In this document: positions 22,265 through 34,582 of the stretch, in pieces
Position numbering within the stretch: position 1 is the stretch's first letter
How the letters are laid out: each line of letters starts with the position of its first letter
Source of the DNA: Chloropicon primus
Lineage: Eukaryota
DNA length: 64,000 nucleotides
Direction: 5' to 3'
Assembly (NCBI GenBank): GCA_023205875.1
Contig: CP060769.1
Coordinates: 434,001-498,000, forward strand
The notes under the pieces: generated by a model
Seen by the model: only the letters and a program-made list of their open reading frames with translations
The model's database searches: none
What the model was told of the DNA's origin: nothing
Program-made: the position numbers and the translations under genes

Positions 22265-23582
22265 TATCAATAACCAAACAAACCTATTGTATATCTATAT
22301 CTATATCTATGCCTCAATCCATCCACCCATCAAAGGAATGGAATGGAATGGAATTATCAAAGGATTCCATCACGAGAGGAGGAAGACGAGGCAGGCGGTA
22401 AGTGGGACGCCGAAGGACGTGAAGCTTTTCCGATCCTCCACCGACTCCGAGAAGAGTAGAAAAGAAAACAAAAAACTCCAAGCCGAGGATGCCTTGTCCT
22501 TTCCTTCCTTCCAATGATGATGTTGTTGTTGATGATGAACAAGGTCAGTAACCAATGCAATGCGGAAGCAAATCCTTCGAGGAAGGTGTCTACGGAAAGA
22601 TCATGAAATGAATCATCCGAAGATGTGGCTTCCACGAGTGCGGGACGATCGACGCGTCCGCCACGCTCGCCCAAAAAGAAGTCACCTCACCTCCTTCGCC
22701 TTCCCTCCCAAAGCAGCTCTGGCCCTCCGGAGAAGGGCGAAACTCAGAGTAACGTCCCTGAACGAAACATCAACCTTCCCGTAACTAAATTATAGTTCAT
22801 CATTCTTTACACCACATTACCTTTAATACGTATTATGCACATAAAAAATATGTCATGGAGAGAATGCATGTATTTAAGATTTGAAGTTTGGGTAATATTT
22901 CTTGCTGTATTTCAATGTACGACGTTTGGTTCGGAAGAGGGCCAATCACCGTCGTTGTTCCATCTCTCCCCTCAAGATGGATTTTCTACACGAATCTCTT
23001 CACATTATCCAAAAATAGTTTTTGGGCGGGCGATCAGCGAGATCCACAACCACGAAGACAAGGTAAGGTTTGCGCCGCTACGGTGGACGAACGCGATCGA
23101 GAGGGAAGGAGGACGGCGCGCAGGGGGAACCATCATGTCGTGATCTTTCCAAAGAACCCGCTCTTGAAAGAAATGACGCCATGGGGACGATGGAAGGGCC
23201 CGGAACACGTCTTGCCTTCTCCTTGGGTGGGTATGCATCGTGCAGGCAACTTGGTCGCGAGATACACGACGGAGGGGGAGGGTCGCAGCGAGGCGGGCGT
23301 TACAACTGGATCACTCGCGCATTAATCTCTCGTTGGACCCCTCGGTCGAACCGAACGACGCCGTTTTGAGGATTCCAGAGACTGAAACGTTTGGTGTTTT
23401 TCTTGTTGTGTTCTCTGGCGGATACCCACTGGTCTCAAGGTGAGTCGAATGGCGGGAAGGGGGAGGAGGGCGAGGAAGAGGGCGGGATGAGGAGAAGCAC
23501 CGCGTCCTTCTCTTTCGAAAGAGCCCTCGAACTCTGAGTGAGACGCTCTGTCTCGGATGTCGTGACTCTTGGCTGACTCTTG

Positions 23583-23614
<32 letters not shown>

Positions 23615-23660
23615 GTAGGAAGGAAGGAAGGAAGTACAAGTGAGGAAGTGAGGAGGATCA

Positions 23661-24410
23661 ATGGCGTGCAAAGGAATTGTTTCGACTTCGACGCGTGCGA
23701 AGGGGGCCGCGACGACGAGCAACTCGAGACTCGTGACGTCGTCGCTGAGGGCGTCGACCGGGCTTCAGAGAAGCCAGAGGAGGAGACACCAGGGTTCCGA
23801 GTTGGGTTCGCTCAAGAGGACGACGACGAGTCTGGCGTTCAGTGCCGGGAAGGGACCCAGGTCGAGGAACTTGTGCGTCCAGACGTGGGCCAAGGCGAAC
23901 AAGGCGGAGCCTCAAGGTAGGTACCATAGGTACACGAAGCGCGGGCGGCGAGAGCATTTTTTTCTCTCTCTCTTTCTCTTTCTCGTCGTCGTCGTCGCCT
24001 CGGGTGGTCGCGCCATCCAAAGGTTCCCTTCCTCGTCTTGTGCTGACTCCTTTGAATCTCCGACATTCTCTCTCTCTCGCTTGCTTGCAGCCGACGCCGT
24101 GACGGACGCTGATTGGGAGGAGAAGGTGCTCAAGTCTGACCTGCCGGTGCTGGTCGATTTCTGGGCCCCTTGGTGCGGACCTTGCAGGATGATAGCCCCT
24201 CTCGTGGACGAGCTCGCGGAGGAATATAAGGGAAAGTTGTACGCCGTCAAACTGAACACAGACGAGTCCCCAGCCGTCGCCACGGAGTACGGCATCAGGT
24301 CCATCCCAACTGTCATGATATTCAAGAACGGCAAAAAGATGGACACCGTCATCGGAGCCGTCCCCAAGCAGACTCTCGCTCAGACCATAGATAAGTACAT
24401 TGACGAGTAA
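23661..24410 (+). CDS. TRXm: Plastid thioredoxin m; exons 23661-23916 and 24091-24410
   Basis: S/T/R-rich transit peptide; [19 protein letters not shown]...[15 protein letters not shown]...VIGAVPK. Confidence 0.93.
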   Translation: MACKGIVSTSTRAKGAATTSNSRLVTSSLRASTGLQRSQRRRHQGSELGSLKRTTTSLAFSAGKGPRSRNLCVQTWAKANKAEPQGRYHRYTKRGRREHFFLSLFLFLVVVVASGGRAIQRFPSSSCADSFESPTFSLSRLLAADAVTDADWEEKVLKSDLPVLVDFWAPWCGPCRMIAPLVDELAEEYKGKLYAVKLNTDESPAVATEYGIRSIPTVMIFKNGKKMDTVIGAVPKQTLAQTIDKYIDE

Positions 24411-24741
24411 GTGAGGGGTGGGACTCGGGTACCATTGGAGACCAAAATACCTTCTTCGTTCTATTTTCACCATCATCGACAAAGGAGGAGACACGCGCGC
24501 TTCGCTTTGCGAGATGCTTTAACAAAAAAAAATCAATTGTAACACACGAAAAAGCGTCACTCATCATTATGCCATGCACACGTACCCTTGGGTTGCCTCC
24601 TCCCCACCCCCACCCCCACCCCTCTCCCCCTCTCTCAATCTCTCAACGCCAAGGGCCTCCCGCTTCAGTGAGACCCCAGGGAGCTGAGCGTTTCTCTCCT
24701 GTGCTGCTCTGTAACGGCCGGGCGGCAAAGGGGTCGGGCGG

Positions 24742-26254
24742 ATGAGTGCGCGGATACCAGTATCGGTGCCTGTGGGAGCGAGGAGGAGGACGAGCCGATG
24801 GCCCTTGGGTCGGACGACCGTGGGGCTCTCTCGTCGTCACAAGACGTTCGTCAAGTTCTTCCTCCTCGCTGGTCTTGCATTGTTCTTCGTGTTGTCTTGG
24901 TACTTGACCGAACGCTCTGGCTGGAGCATGAGCGACGCGAGGACCGCCATGTTTGAGAACGAGGTGAGGTTGAGTCTGTATGCGTCCCCTCCGCAGCTGG
25001 GTGCTGAGCCGAGACCCCCAAAACGCTTGGTCTTCTTGCGCTTGTTCAAGGGAAAGGATTCGTTTCAGTGTGACTTGGAGAACTTGTTTGGGAACGACAT
25101 CGAGGCCCAGTACTATGCAGAGATCCTGCACGACTACGAGCGCTTGAGCGTGGACCGGGCGGAGGACCTCGGCCCGAACGACAATGTCGACGTCCTTGCC
25201 TTCTCCATCCATTCGCACTCCGTCAAGGAGGTTATGAAACTTATACGGAAGCACAAGCCGAGCGTGCTGATCGTGAACTCGGACGAGCACGGCAATCTGC
25301 CAAAGTATGAAAAGCTTTTCCCTTTCGTTCGGCTCGTGTACAGGCAGTACAGGTACAAGACGGGGACCAGGGGGTACCGCAACCCCCCGAACCAAAGGAT
25401 CATGCCCATCGGTTACCGTAAGTCTCGGAATGCGCGCGCGCGCACTGTGATGCCCCGGACACTGACCTCCGCCCTATTTCTCGGGTTTCCTTTTTCGCGA
25501 GAGCAGACTGCTGGGATGAGAAGGCAAAGTCGGACAAGCCCCTGTCCGAAAGGAAGTACGTTTGGTCTTTCATTGGCACCATAGCAACGGACGAGAACAT
25601 CAACAGGATTCGGTTGATCAATCTGGTTGCCAGGTTCGTGATGGGCGCGTACCGGAAGCAGATTCAGAGGTACGAAATGGTCCGCGAGCTCTCGAAGAGT
25701 GGCCTTGACCCTCACTTCGCGGGATCTACGCTGGCCACCAGCCCCGAAGAGAGGGCAGAAAAGAACTTTGAGGTGTTCAGGGAATCCAAGTTCGTGGTCT
25801 GCCCCCGAGGGAACTCGAACATCGATACGTCGAGGACGTACACCGCGAGCAAAACGGGCGGGATCCCCGTGGTCATCGTGCCGAGGGAGGATTGGGACGA
25901 GTAAGTGAATCCTTGGCTGTGCCTGTGGCTCCTCTCCTTCTCTCTCTCTGACGCTTTTGGGTTGTCGTGTCCCTGCAATTCCATAGATTCTACGCGCACA
26001 TGGACATCGAGCCTCCCTGGCCTCGAGCGGACGACACAGCGGGAGCTGTGCGGATCATGAGAAACCTGACGGAAGGACCCGCGGAGAGGCTGAACCAGAT
26101 GCAAAGAGACGTCCTGCACTGGTGGGACGCGCTGAACGTCGAGATCCGCAAAAACATCGACGAGAGCGTCAACTACTGCAGAGATTTCTGGCAGCGCGCA
26201 AAGGAGCTTGGCGTGCCCACACAAGACATGCTTTGTCGACCACCCCCTTCCTAA
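24742..26254 (+). CDS. Exostosin/GT47-like type II membrane glycosyltransferase; exons 24742-25417, 25507-25900 and 25987-26254
   Basis: N-terminal TM helix; MPIGY|HCW, RKYVWSFIG, FRESKFVVCPRGNSNIDTSRTY...GGIPVV. Confidence 0.75.
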
Positions 26255-26426
26255 ATCGAACAAGACCACGAACTCGGTTGTTGTCCACATTATTCTTCCT
26301 CCGTCCTCCACTCCACCTCACCTCAATCCAACACCAAGCTTGAATTGACTCTGTTGGGCCTTTCCTTCCCCTTCCCCCATAGAAAGCCGGAAGCCGTTTT
26401 AGGTTTTCATTTTTTTATAACAGCCG

Positions 26427-28638
26427 ATGATGAAGGGCGGCGAGGGCGGGGCCGATGGGGGAGGAGATAGCGTGAGACGAGCGCTCATCGACTTCAAAGT
26501 GAAGAAGGACATCGGTTGGACTGCTCAGTACTCTCGCAAGTCCTCGGAAGCATCCGAATCGACCTCCAGCGTCGCCACTGCTTCGGAAAAGTCAACAACA
26601 CTCCGTCGTGCCGAGGGAAAGCATGGTGGCGGTGCCCCGATCTCCTCGCTTCTCAGGCCGGCGTTGGTGGGGCTGGCGGTCGTTTTTCTGCTCCCAGTCC
26701 TCACTCAGAGAGCCAGGGATTACGGGAAGCCACTTGCCTCGTCATCACGCGGGACTGGGGGCTCTCTGACTCCCTTCGAGGAGCAGGAGAGGTGCTTGCT
26801 CTCGGGGAACGTGAGGGACTGCAGCTGCGATTACCTCCAGGTGGATGCTCTCAATGAGGAAATCGTTCGGCCAAAGCTCAACGAGCTCGTGAACAAGAGG
26901 TTCTTCAGTTACTTTAAGGTGGACCTTCATTGCAGTTGCCCCTTTTGGCCGGACGACGGCATGTGCAGCATGCCTCACTGCAGCGTGTGTGAGTGCAGCG
27001 GGGATGAGGTAAGACGCCCGGGCCTCTCTGATTCTCTTGCTTGCCCTTCTGACTCTCGTGTTGCCTCTGCCCACTGCACTGCGCACCAGGTTCCGGAATT
27101 CCTGCGAGCCAAGGACGTGCTCGAGTGCGACCTCGGGAAAGCGGGCGGCGCCAGAACAACTTTCTCGGAGAAGTGGGAGTCTAGCGTGGATCGATCGGTG
27201 GAGAAGGGCGTTGGGGGCGGTGAGTACCACTTTTTTGGGATCCCGAATGCAACGGAACGAGCGAGCGTGTCGCCTGCTGACTGATGATTCTCTCTCCTCC
27301 GAAGACGATGGAATGGATTGGAAGGCTTCATCCAACCCCTGGTTATTTAACGGCGAGGAAACCTCGAAGACGATCGGGGTGGGCTCCCCCGAGAGCGCGC
27401 AAAGGGAGGAGGATGCCTACGTCTACGTCGACCTTCACTTGAATCCGGAGAGGTTCACGGGTTACGACGGCGAGCACGCGCACAGGATCTGGGAAGCTAT
27501 TTACAGCCAAAGCTGCTTTCATGGGCTGAGGGAGGGGAAGCAAGTTGAGCAAGTGAAGCAAGTCGCGGGATCGTTCCCTGGATTGGTCTTCGAGGAGAAG
27601 TCAGAGCAAGTGGTGTGCAAGGAGAAAGAGATTTTTTACAGATTGATCTCCGGCGTGCACGCGAGTATCACGGCTCACATCGCCGGGGAGCACCCCAAGG
27701 AAATCTGTCATGGCGCTCACGGCGGGGGACCGCCACAGTCCAGTCCACACACCACCGCCTTCATGACCCCGGGTCAAGCCCCGGGGCACGGAGGTTCGTT
27801 CAGCGGCTTTGGAAGTGCCCTGGGTACGCGCCGCGGGGACTTCAATCCGTTCGCTGGGGGTGGGGATGCCGGGTGCGTGCTTGACGAGAAGCACTGGGGG
27901 CCGAACTTGAAGCTGTTCTACAACAGACTTGGGAAGACAGAATTCAAGTCCCGGGTCGAGAACTTGTACTTCACGTACTTGTTCACCCTCCAGTCCGCCG
28001 TGAAGGCTGCTCCTTACCTTTTGAGCACGGAGTACTTCACCGGTCACGGCGACGACGACGCGGTCACGAAGATGCTGATGAAATCTCTGCTGACGAACGT
28101 TAGGCTCACCCGAATGTGCACCAAGGCCTTTGACGAGGGCGTGCTGTGGAGAAGCCCCCTCTTCGAGGGCAAAGACATCCAGAGGGAGTTGAAGAGGGCG
28201 CAAAAGAAAACGAGAAAGTCGAAGAAAAGAGAGCAAAAGAGAAGGAAGGAAAAGCAATACTTTTCGGGTGGCGAGCCAAAGGCCGGAGAAGTGCCCGCAA
28301 GGGAGGAGCCCCAATTCGATCAGTTGCAAGTGGAAATGCAAGAGCACTTTCAGAATATTTCCAGGATCATGGACTGCGTCGGGTGCGAGAAGTGCAAGCT
28401 TTGGGGCAAGCTTCAGATTCTTGGCCTGGGCACGGCCCTCAAAATTCTCTTCAGCGTCGACGATATTGACCAGCTCGTCCTCACACGGAACGAGGTCATT
28501 GCGTTGCTGAACCTGATCTCGAGGCTGAGCGAGTCCATTCACGTTGTGGGACAACTTCTCTGCACATTGATCAGTCAGGGGTACACGGACGTTATCGTCC
28601 CCAGCCAGTGCAGGGTTGGCAGCTCGGTGGCGCACTAA
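26427..28638 (+). CDS. ERO1: Endoplasmic reticulum oxidoreductin 1; introns 27009-27089 and 27220-27304
   Basis: CSCPFWPDDGMC...CSVCEC, YVDLHLNPERFTGY, YRLISGVHASI, RIMDCVGCEKCKLWGKLQ. Confidence 0.95.
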
Positions 28639-29093
28639 TTCCATCCACCTTGGCTTGGCCTAATAATTCACTCTTTACCGCATCGAACCCATCAGGCCAC
28701 CTTTTCATCCATCCCTTCTCCTCCTCGCGAAACACTTGAGGAAGAAGGCCCAATGATGCCTCCCCACTGGAGACTCTCCAGTACATCCATCACACCAGAG
28801 CAAGTAATCCTGCTGCTAATGCTTCTGCTAATGCTCCTACTGTTGTTGCTCCTGCTGTTGTTGTTGTTGCTAATGATGTTGCCTCCCTTCCTACCTCCCT
28901 CCCTCTCCCCTCATCCTCTCTCTCATCCTAATCACCCAGTGAGGCCTCGGTGCCTCTCAGCCACGAGAGCCGCTTGCTCAGAGATCCTCCCCTCCTCTGA
29001 AGAGAGAGAGAGAGAGAGAGAGAGTTGTGGCGACGACGAGCGTTGCGTTGACGCGGCACGAGCAGAGCGGCACGAGCAGAGCGGCAGGAGAGG

Positions 29094-32000
29094 ATGATCA
29101 CGGCGGCCGTCAGGAGTACTACGTCCTGCGCGGCGAGACTTCAGGGTAACAAAGCAACTTTCGCCACAAGAAAGGCAACAACGTCATCAAAATCAAGATC
29201 ATCAACAACAACAAACACCAAGACACCTACGATGATGTTGACCAAGTTGTGGAGAAGCGTCGTGGGTAATGGAGCGTGCAGGGCCAGGCACACGCTCCGA
29301 GCTTACAACGGGACCAACAAGGCGGCCTTCTCCGTCGCATCGCCGGATAAGGTCGATGTCCAGGTGAGTCTTCGCCTCTCAACCTCGTCGATCAGCCATT
29401 ACAACACCACGAGTTCACGACGCCCATGCAGTGGGAGCGCTCACTCAGTGATTCATTCAGCCAGTCATTCATTCATTCAATCATGCAGTCCGTCCATTGT
29501 TTCTTTCGAGCAAGAGGCAACGCATGCAATCTAGCACCCTTCCTCTTGTCTCCAAACTAACACCCTTCTTCTCCTGCTGCTCCTGCCGCTGCTGCTTCTG
29601 TTGCTGTGAAGATCCCTGTGGCTGTGAGTCCAGAGGTTGCCAAGAAGCATGGGTTCGAGGTGATCAAGGAGGAATTCGTCAAGGAGTACGGCTCGAACTG
29701 TGTGCTGTATCGTCACACTGGAACAGGAGCAGAGCTCATGTCCGTGCATAGCGCCGACGAGAACAAGACCTTTGGTGCCGTGTTCAGGACGCCGGTGGAG
29801 GACTCGACGGGGGTGCCTCACATTCTGGAGCACTCGGTGCTGTGCGGGTCGAGGAAGTACCCGATCAAGGAGCCCTTCGTGGAGCTCATGAAATCGAGTT
29901 TGAACACGTTCCTCAACGCGTTCACTTACCCGGACAGGACGTGCTACCCGGTGGCCTCCTGCAACACGAGGGACTTTTACAATCTCGTGGACGTTTACCT
30001 GGATGCGGTGTTCTACCCAAGGTGCGCGGAGAAGTCCAACCCAGAGAACGTGAAGATCTTCGAGCAGGAAGGTTGGCATCACGAGCTTGATTCGCCAGAC
30101 CCTTCGCAGCTTCAGTACAAGGGCGTCGTCTTTAATGAGATGAAGGGAGTGTACTCGTCCCCGGACTCGGTCTTGGGGAGGGTCTGCCAGCAGGCTCTGT
30201 TCCCTGAGATCACGTACGGCGTGGACTCGGGGGGAGATCCAAGGTACATCACTGACTTGACCTACGAGCAGTTCTGTGATTTTCACTCGGATTTTTATCA
30301 CCCAAGCAACACGAGGTTCTGGTTTTACGGCGACGATGACCCAGAGACCAGGTTGGAGATCTTGTCCAACTACCTGAAAGACTTCGAGGCCAACCAGGCC
30401 GGCGTGGAGAAGTCCAGAGTCCTCACCCAGAAGAAATTCACGGAGCCACGTACCGTGACGGATTACTACGCCGTGAGCGAGAGCGAAGATCCGAGCCAAG
30501 CTGGCCAGCAGAAGGCCTACGTGAATGTCAACTGGGTTCTGGAGGATGATGTCTTCGATCTGGAGACCCAGCTGGCGTTTGGGTTCCTCGATTTCATTCT
30601 GTTGGGAACGAGTGGATCGCCACTGAGGAAGGCCTTGATCGACTCTGGCTTGGGGGAGGCCGTCTGCGGCGGTGGCCTTGAAGATGAGCTCAGACAACCA
30701 ACCTTTTCCATCGGCTTGAAGGGCGTGGAGTCGAGCTCGGAGGAGAACCTGAAGAAGGTGGAGACCCTGGTTCTTGAGACCTTGGAGAGCCTGGCAGAGA
30801 AGGGGTTCAGCGACTCTTCCATTGAGGCTGCCTTGAATACCATTGAGTTTTCCCTCAGGGAGAACAACACCGGGAGTTTCCCGAGGGGACTGTCTCTCAT
30901 GCTGAGGTCGATGCAGGCGTGGATCTACGACAAGGACCCACTGGAGCCTTTGAAGTGGGAGGACCAGCTCGAGGGCTTCAAGGCTAAGCTCAAGGAGCAA
31001 ACGCCTACCAAACTTTTCGGCGACTTGATCAGAAAGTACTTGATCGACAATCCTCACAGGGTCACGGTGAACTTGCTTCCCAACACTACCCTGCAAGCGG
31101 AGCTTGACGGGGAGGAGCAGGGTAAGCTTGACGAGCTGAGGAAGGGCATGACGGACGAGGACATGCAGGAGCTGATGAGGAAGACGCAGGAGTTGAAGAC
31201 TCACCAGGAGACACCAGACCCTGCGGAGGCCCTCAAGTGCATTCCTACTCTCGATCTTGCTGACATCCCAAAGGAGTCTCAAGAGATCCCATCCTCGCTC
31301 AGGGAGCTCACGTCAGGAGGGGAGAAGGTCGATATCCTGTCTCACGACATCTTCACAAACGACGTCGTCTACGCTGAGTTTGCCTTCGACATGAGCTCTG
31401 TTCCAAAGCATCTTCTGTACCTCATTCCTCTCTTCTGCAGGTGCCTGACGGAGATGGGAACAACAAAGGAGGACTTTGTTGAGCTCACGGAGAGAATTGG
31501 CAGGAAGACCGGGGGCCTCTCTGCTTACTCTTTCACCTCTGCCTTGAAGGACGAGGACAAGCCTAGCGCTTACATCATTGTTAGGGGTAAGTCGACGAAG
31601 GACAAGTTTGGCGACTACTGTGAGATTGTCGAGGACATCATCCAAAACGTCGAGCTGGACAACAAGGAGAGGTTCAAGCAGATGGTCCTGGAAACCATTG
31701 CGGGCCAGGAAGCTGCTATGGTTGGAAGGGGGCACACGTATGCGATTGGGAGATTGCATGCTCAGAGAGACACGGCGAGTGCTGCGGGCGAGTACATGGG
31801 CGGTGTGGCCAACTACCATGCCATGAAGGGTCTCGCAGAGAAGCTGGATGCCGATTGGGACCAGGTGCACAACGATCTCAAGCTCCTCAAGAACGCCATC
31901 TTCAAGAAGAAGGGGATGCTTGTGAACTTGACAGCGGATGAGAAGACGCTCACGTCCATCGACAAGGATGTGGCTGGGTTCGTGGACTCTCTTCCAGATG

Positions 32001-32671
32001 TGGGTCAGGCACCCTCGGATCAGGGCTCCCTGTTGTGGTACGAGGGCAAGGATTCCGGCCTGCTTCTGCCAAAGCAGAACGAGCTTTTGGTCGTCCCTAC
32101 CCAAGTCAACTACGTCGGAAAGTGCACGAACATGTACAAGGACACGCCTTACAAGCAGCACGGCAGCTCTGTTGTGATCAGCAAGTACCTCTCCACCACC
32201 TGGCTGTGGGACAGAGTTCGCGTGGTTGGCGGCGCCTACGGCGGCTTCTGTTCCTTTGACAACACCTCTGGGCACTTTTCTTTCATGTCCTACAGGGACC
32301 CAAACCTGTCGAAGACCATCGACAACTACGACGGGAGCACGAACTTCTTGAAGGAGCTCACCTTGGACAAGGACGAGCTTACCAAGAGCATCATCGCCAC
32401 GATGGGGGACATCGATTCCTACCAGCTTCCGGACAGCAAGGGGTACACTGCGTTCATGAGGCACCTCCTCAAGGTAACGGACGAGGAGAGGCAGCAGAGG
32501 AGGGACGAGATCCTCTCCACCAAGCTGCAGGATTTCAAGGACTTTGGCGATGCCCTCCAGTCGGCTTTGGAGGCGAACTCCCAGGTGTGCGCCGTGACGA
32601 GCAAGGACATGGCGAAGCAGGCGGAGGAGGAGAGGAAGGATCTCGGTTTCGTCACGAGTCAGGTGCTGTGA
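29094..32671 (+). CDS. PREP: Presequence protease PreP (M16C); exons 29094-29363 and 29612-32671
   Basis: Inverted zinc motif HILEH, SLNTFLNAFTYPDRTCYP, YKGVVFNEMKG, WDRVRVVGGAYGG, SYRDPN. Exon 1 encodes a targeting peptide. Confidence 0.95.
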
Positions 32672-32832
32672 GGAGGAGGAGGACCTTCTGCTCCACACGC
32701 ACGCACACAAACAAAAATCATTTCAAACGATGAATCCACAAGTACAAAAACTGTTAGAGACCTTAGCCCACAGCTCGTTTTTCTTTTCTTTTACAATGGG
32801 GGTGGTGCGGCCCACCTATGGTTCGCGCGCGC

Positions 32833-33630
32833 CTAGTTCCACAGGTGCCTCGGGGGATCCTTCTCGTCCTCCTCGCGCATCTCCTTCTCCTTCTTCTTCT
32901 TCTTGCCCTTTGGTAGTGGCTTTTGGAGCAAATCAAAGACACCGAGGTTATCCACGAGCTGGTGCTTCACTCCGCACCCGTCGCACCGGATCACGATGGC
33001 CCCGTTCTCCCACGCGTGCGGGTTGATGAGCTTGGTCATTCGAGTCAAGCAGAGCTTGCAGGTGAACGAGAGCTGCTTCGTCCTTCGCTTGGAAAAGTTG
33101 AATCCGGGGGAGGCGCTGCTCGAAGAAGGCTCGTCCTCCTCGACCCAATCCGGCGGCCGCCAGAGCGCGGGGAGGTTCCCGCTCTCCGCCTGCGAGAGGA
33201 GGTACTGCGTGACACGGCTGTCGCTCAGAGAGTGCCCGCTCAACAAGTCGTACTGCTCCTCGCTGGCCAGGCCGTCCTCCTCCTCCTCCATGAGTTCCCC
33301 CACCTTGTGCAGGTGGGCCTCGTAGCGGTACATCACAAACCCGGGTCCCTGGACCTGCTGCTCCGAGAAGAACGAGTAGAAGCTCGGCTCGCCCGCTGCC
33401 TCAACTTCTCCACGGCTGCTCTTCGAGACCCAGTCAAAGCCCAAGTCCAAACCCGGGACGATGACGTGGTGGTCCTCCTCGTCCCTCTTCTCCCCCCTCA
33501 CGCCGTCACCCTCTCCCTCGCTGCAGCGGCAAGCCCTCGCCCTCCTCGATCCTCCGGTCCTTTGCCCTCCCTCTCTCCAACCCACGAGAGGCCCTTGCCC
33601 TCGCGCCACGCTCCAGCACCCGTTGGCCAT
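32833..33630 (-). CDS. DNL-type zinc finger protein (Zim17/HEP-like)
   Basis: FTCKLC...INPHAWENGAIVIRCDGCGVKHQLVDNLG; transit-peptide-like N-terminus from ATG 33630. Confidence 0.85.
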   Translation of the reverse strand: MANGCWSVARGQGPLVGWREGGQRTGGSRRARACRCSEGEGDGVRGEKRDEEDHHVIVPGLDLGFDWVSKSSRGEVEAAGEPSFYSFFSEQQVQGPGFVMYRYEAHLHKVGELMEEEEDGLASEEQYDLLSGHSLSDSRVTQYLLSQAESGNLPALWRPPDWVEEDEPSSSSASPGFNFSKRRTKQLSFTCKLCLTRMTKLINPHAWENGAIVIRCDGCGVKHQLVDNLGVFDLLQKPLPKGKKKKKEKEMREEDEKDPPRHLWN

Positions 33631-33680
33631 CCTCCTCCCACCCTTCAAAGGATTGCGATGCTGAGCGATGCAAAAACGAC

Positions 33681-33996
33681 ACGAGCGTCGCACTCCGAGG
33701 GTCAAACGCGTCGAGTGAATGGTCGAACGAAAGATCGCGAGACGTATGATCGTTCTATCTGGGCGTTACACCTCAAGAAGCGACGTAATCGTCCCAAAAG
33801 TCCAACCGAAACCTCAACACTCCACCACCTGTCACCGAGTAATCCCAAGTGTAATCCCTCAACGAGCGTGGCACTCCGAGGGTCAAACGCGTCGAGTGAA
33901 TGGTCGAACGAAAGATCACGAGACGTATGATCGTTCTATCCGGGCGTTACACCTCGAGTAGCGACGTAACCGTCCCAAAAGTCCAACCGAAACCTC
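33681..33996. repeat. 135-bp direct repeat (33681-33815 and 33862-33996; 6 mismatches; 181-bp period)
   Basis: Manual alignment of the two copies. Confidence 0.95.
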
Positions 33997-34582
33997 GCCC
34001 CTTGGGAACACGTCCCGTGCCTGCTTTGCCTTTTGATTTGATTTGATTTTGGTGATCGGATCCCGGGATCCGAATTCAGCCGTCGTTTGAGATCAAAAAA
34101 CCGAATCGATCGATCGGGCGACGAAGTGATCGAGTGATCGAGTGATCGCGATCGATCCTGACGGGAGTCACGAGGCGTAAGAGGCAAGGATACCGCCACA
34201 GGAAGACGCTCCATCTCCAGGGCTTTCGTTCGACCATTCCATTCCCTCTGCTTTGTTCTCGTAAGTGTGAGGTGAGGTCGATCCATTCTTTCCATTCCAT
34301 TTCATTCCATTCCCACGACGACGTGGTTGATCGAACCCGGGAGAGGAAAAGGTGCGTGGTCAGTCCTCCCTCGCCGGGTGGCGCGCGAGGCGTAACGTAA
34401 CGTAACGTAACGCTCGCCGACCCGGAAGCATGCGAGGAAGCGTTACGAAGGTCTCTGACCGCGTTTTTTTTTTTTCCTTTTCTTTCTCTTGGGTGTGGCT
34501 TCATGATCCTTGGTCCTTCCTGCTCGTGTCGATGACTCGTGGGCGTTTGCTTTTGTTTGCTAGGTTTTTTTGATCGGAGGTG

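Noticed and set aside
28670..28710. tRNA-like GGTTCGA T-loop words (here on the minus strand; also ~23345 and ~34331)
   Set aside because: No T-stem or cloverleaf can be formed.
33681..33996. Interpretation of the 135-bp direct repeat as LTRs of a TRIM or retroelement
   Set aside because: There are no TG...CA termini, primer-binding site, polypurine tract or target-site duplication, and the internal spacer is only 46 bp.
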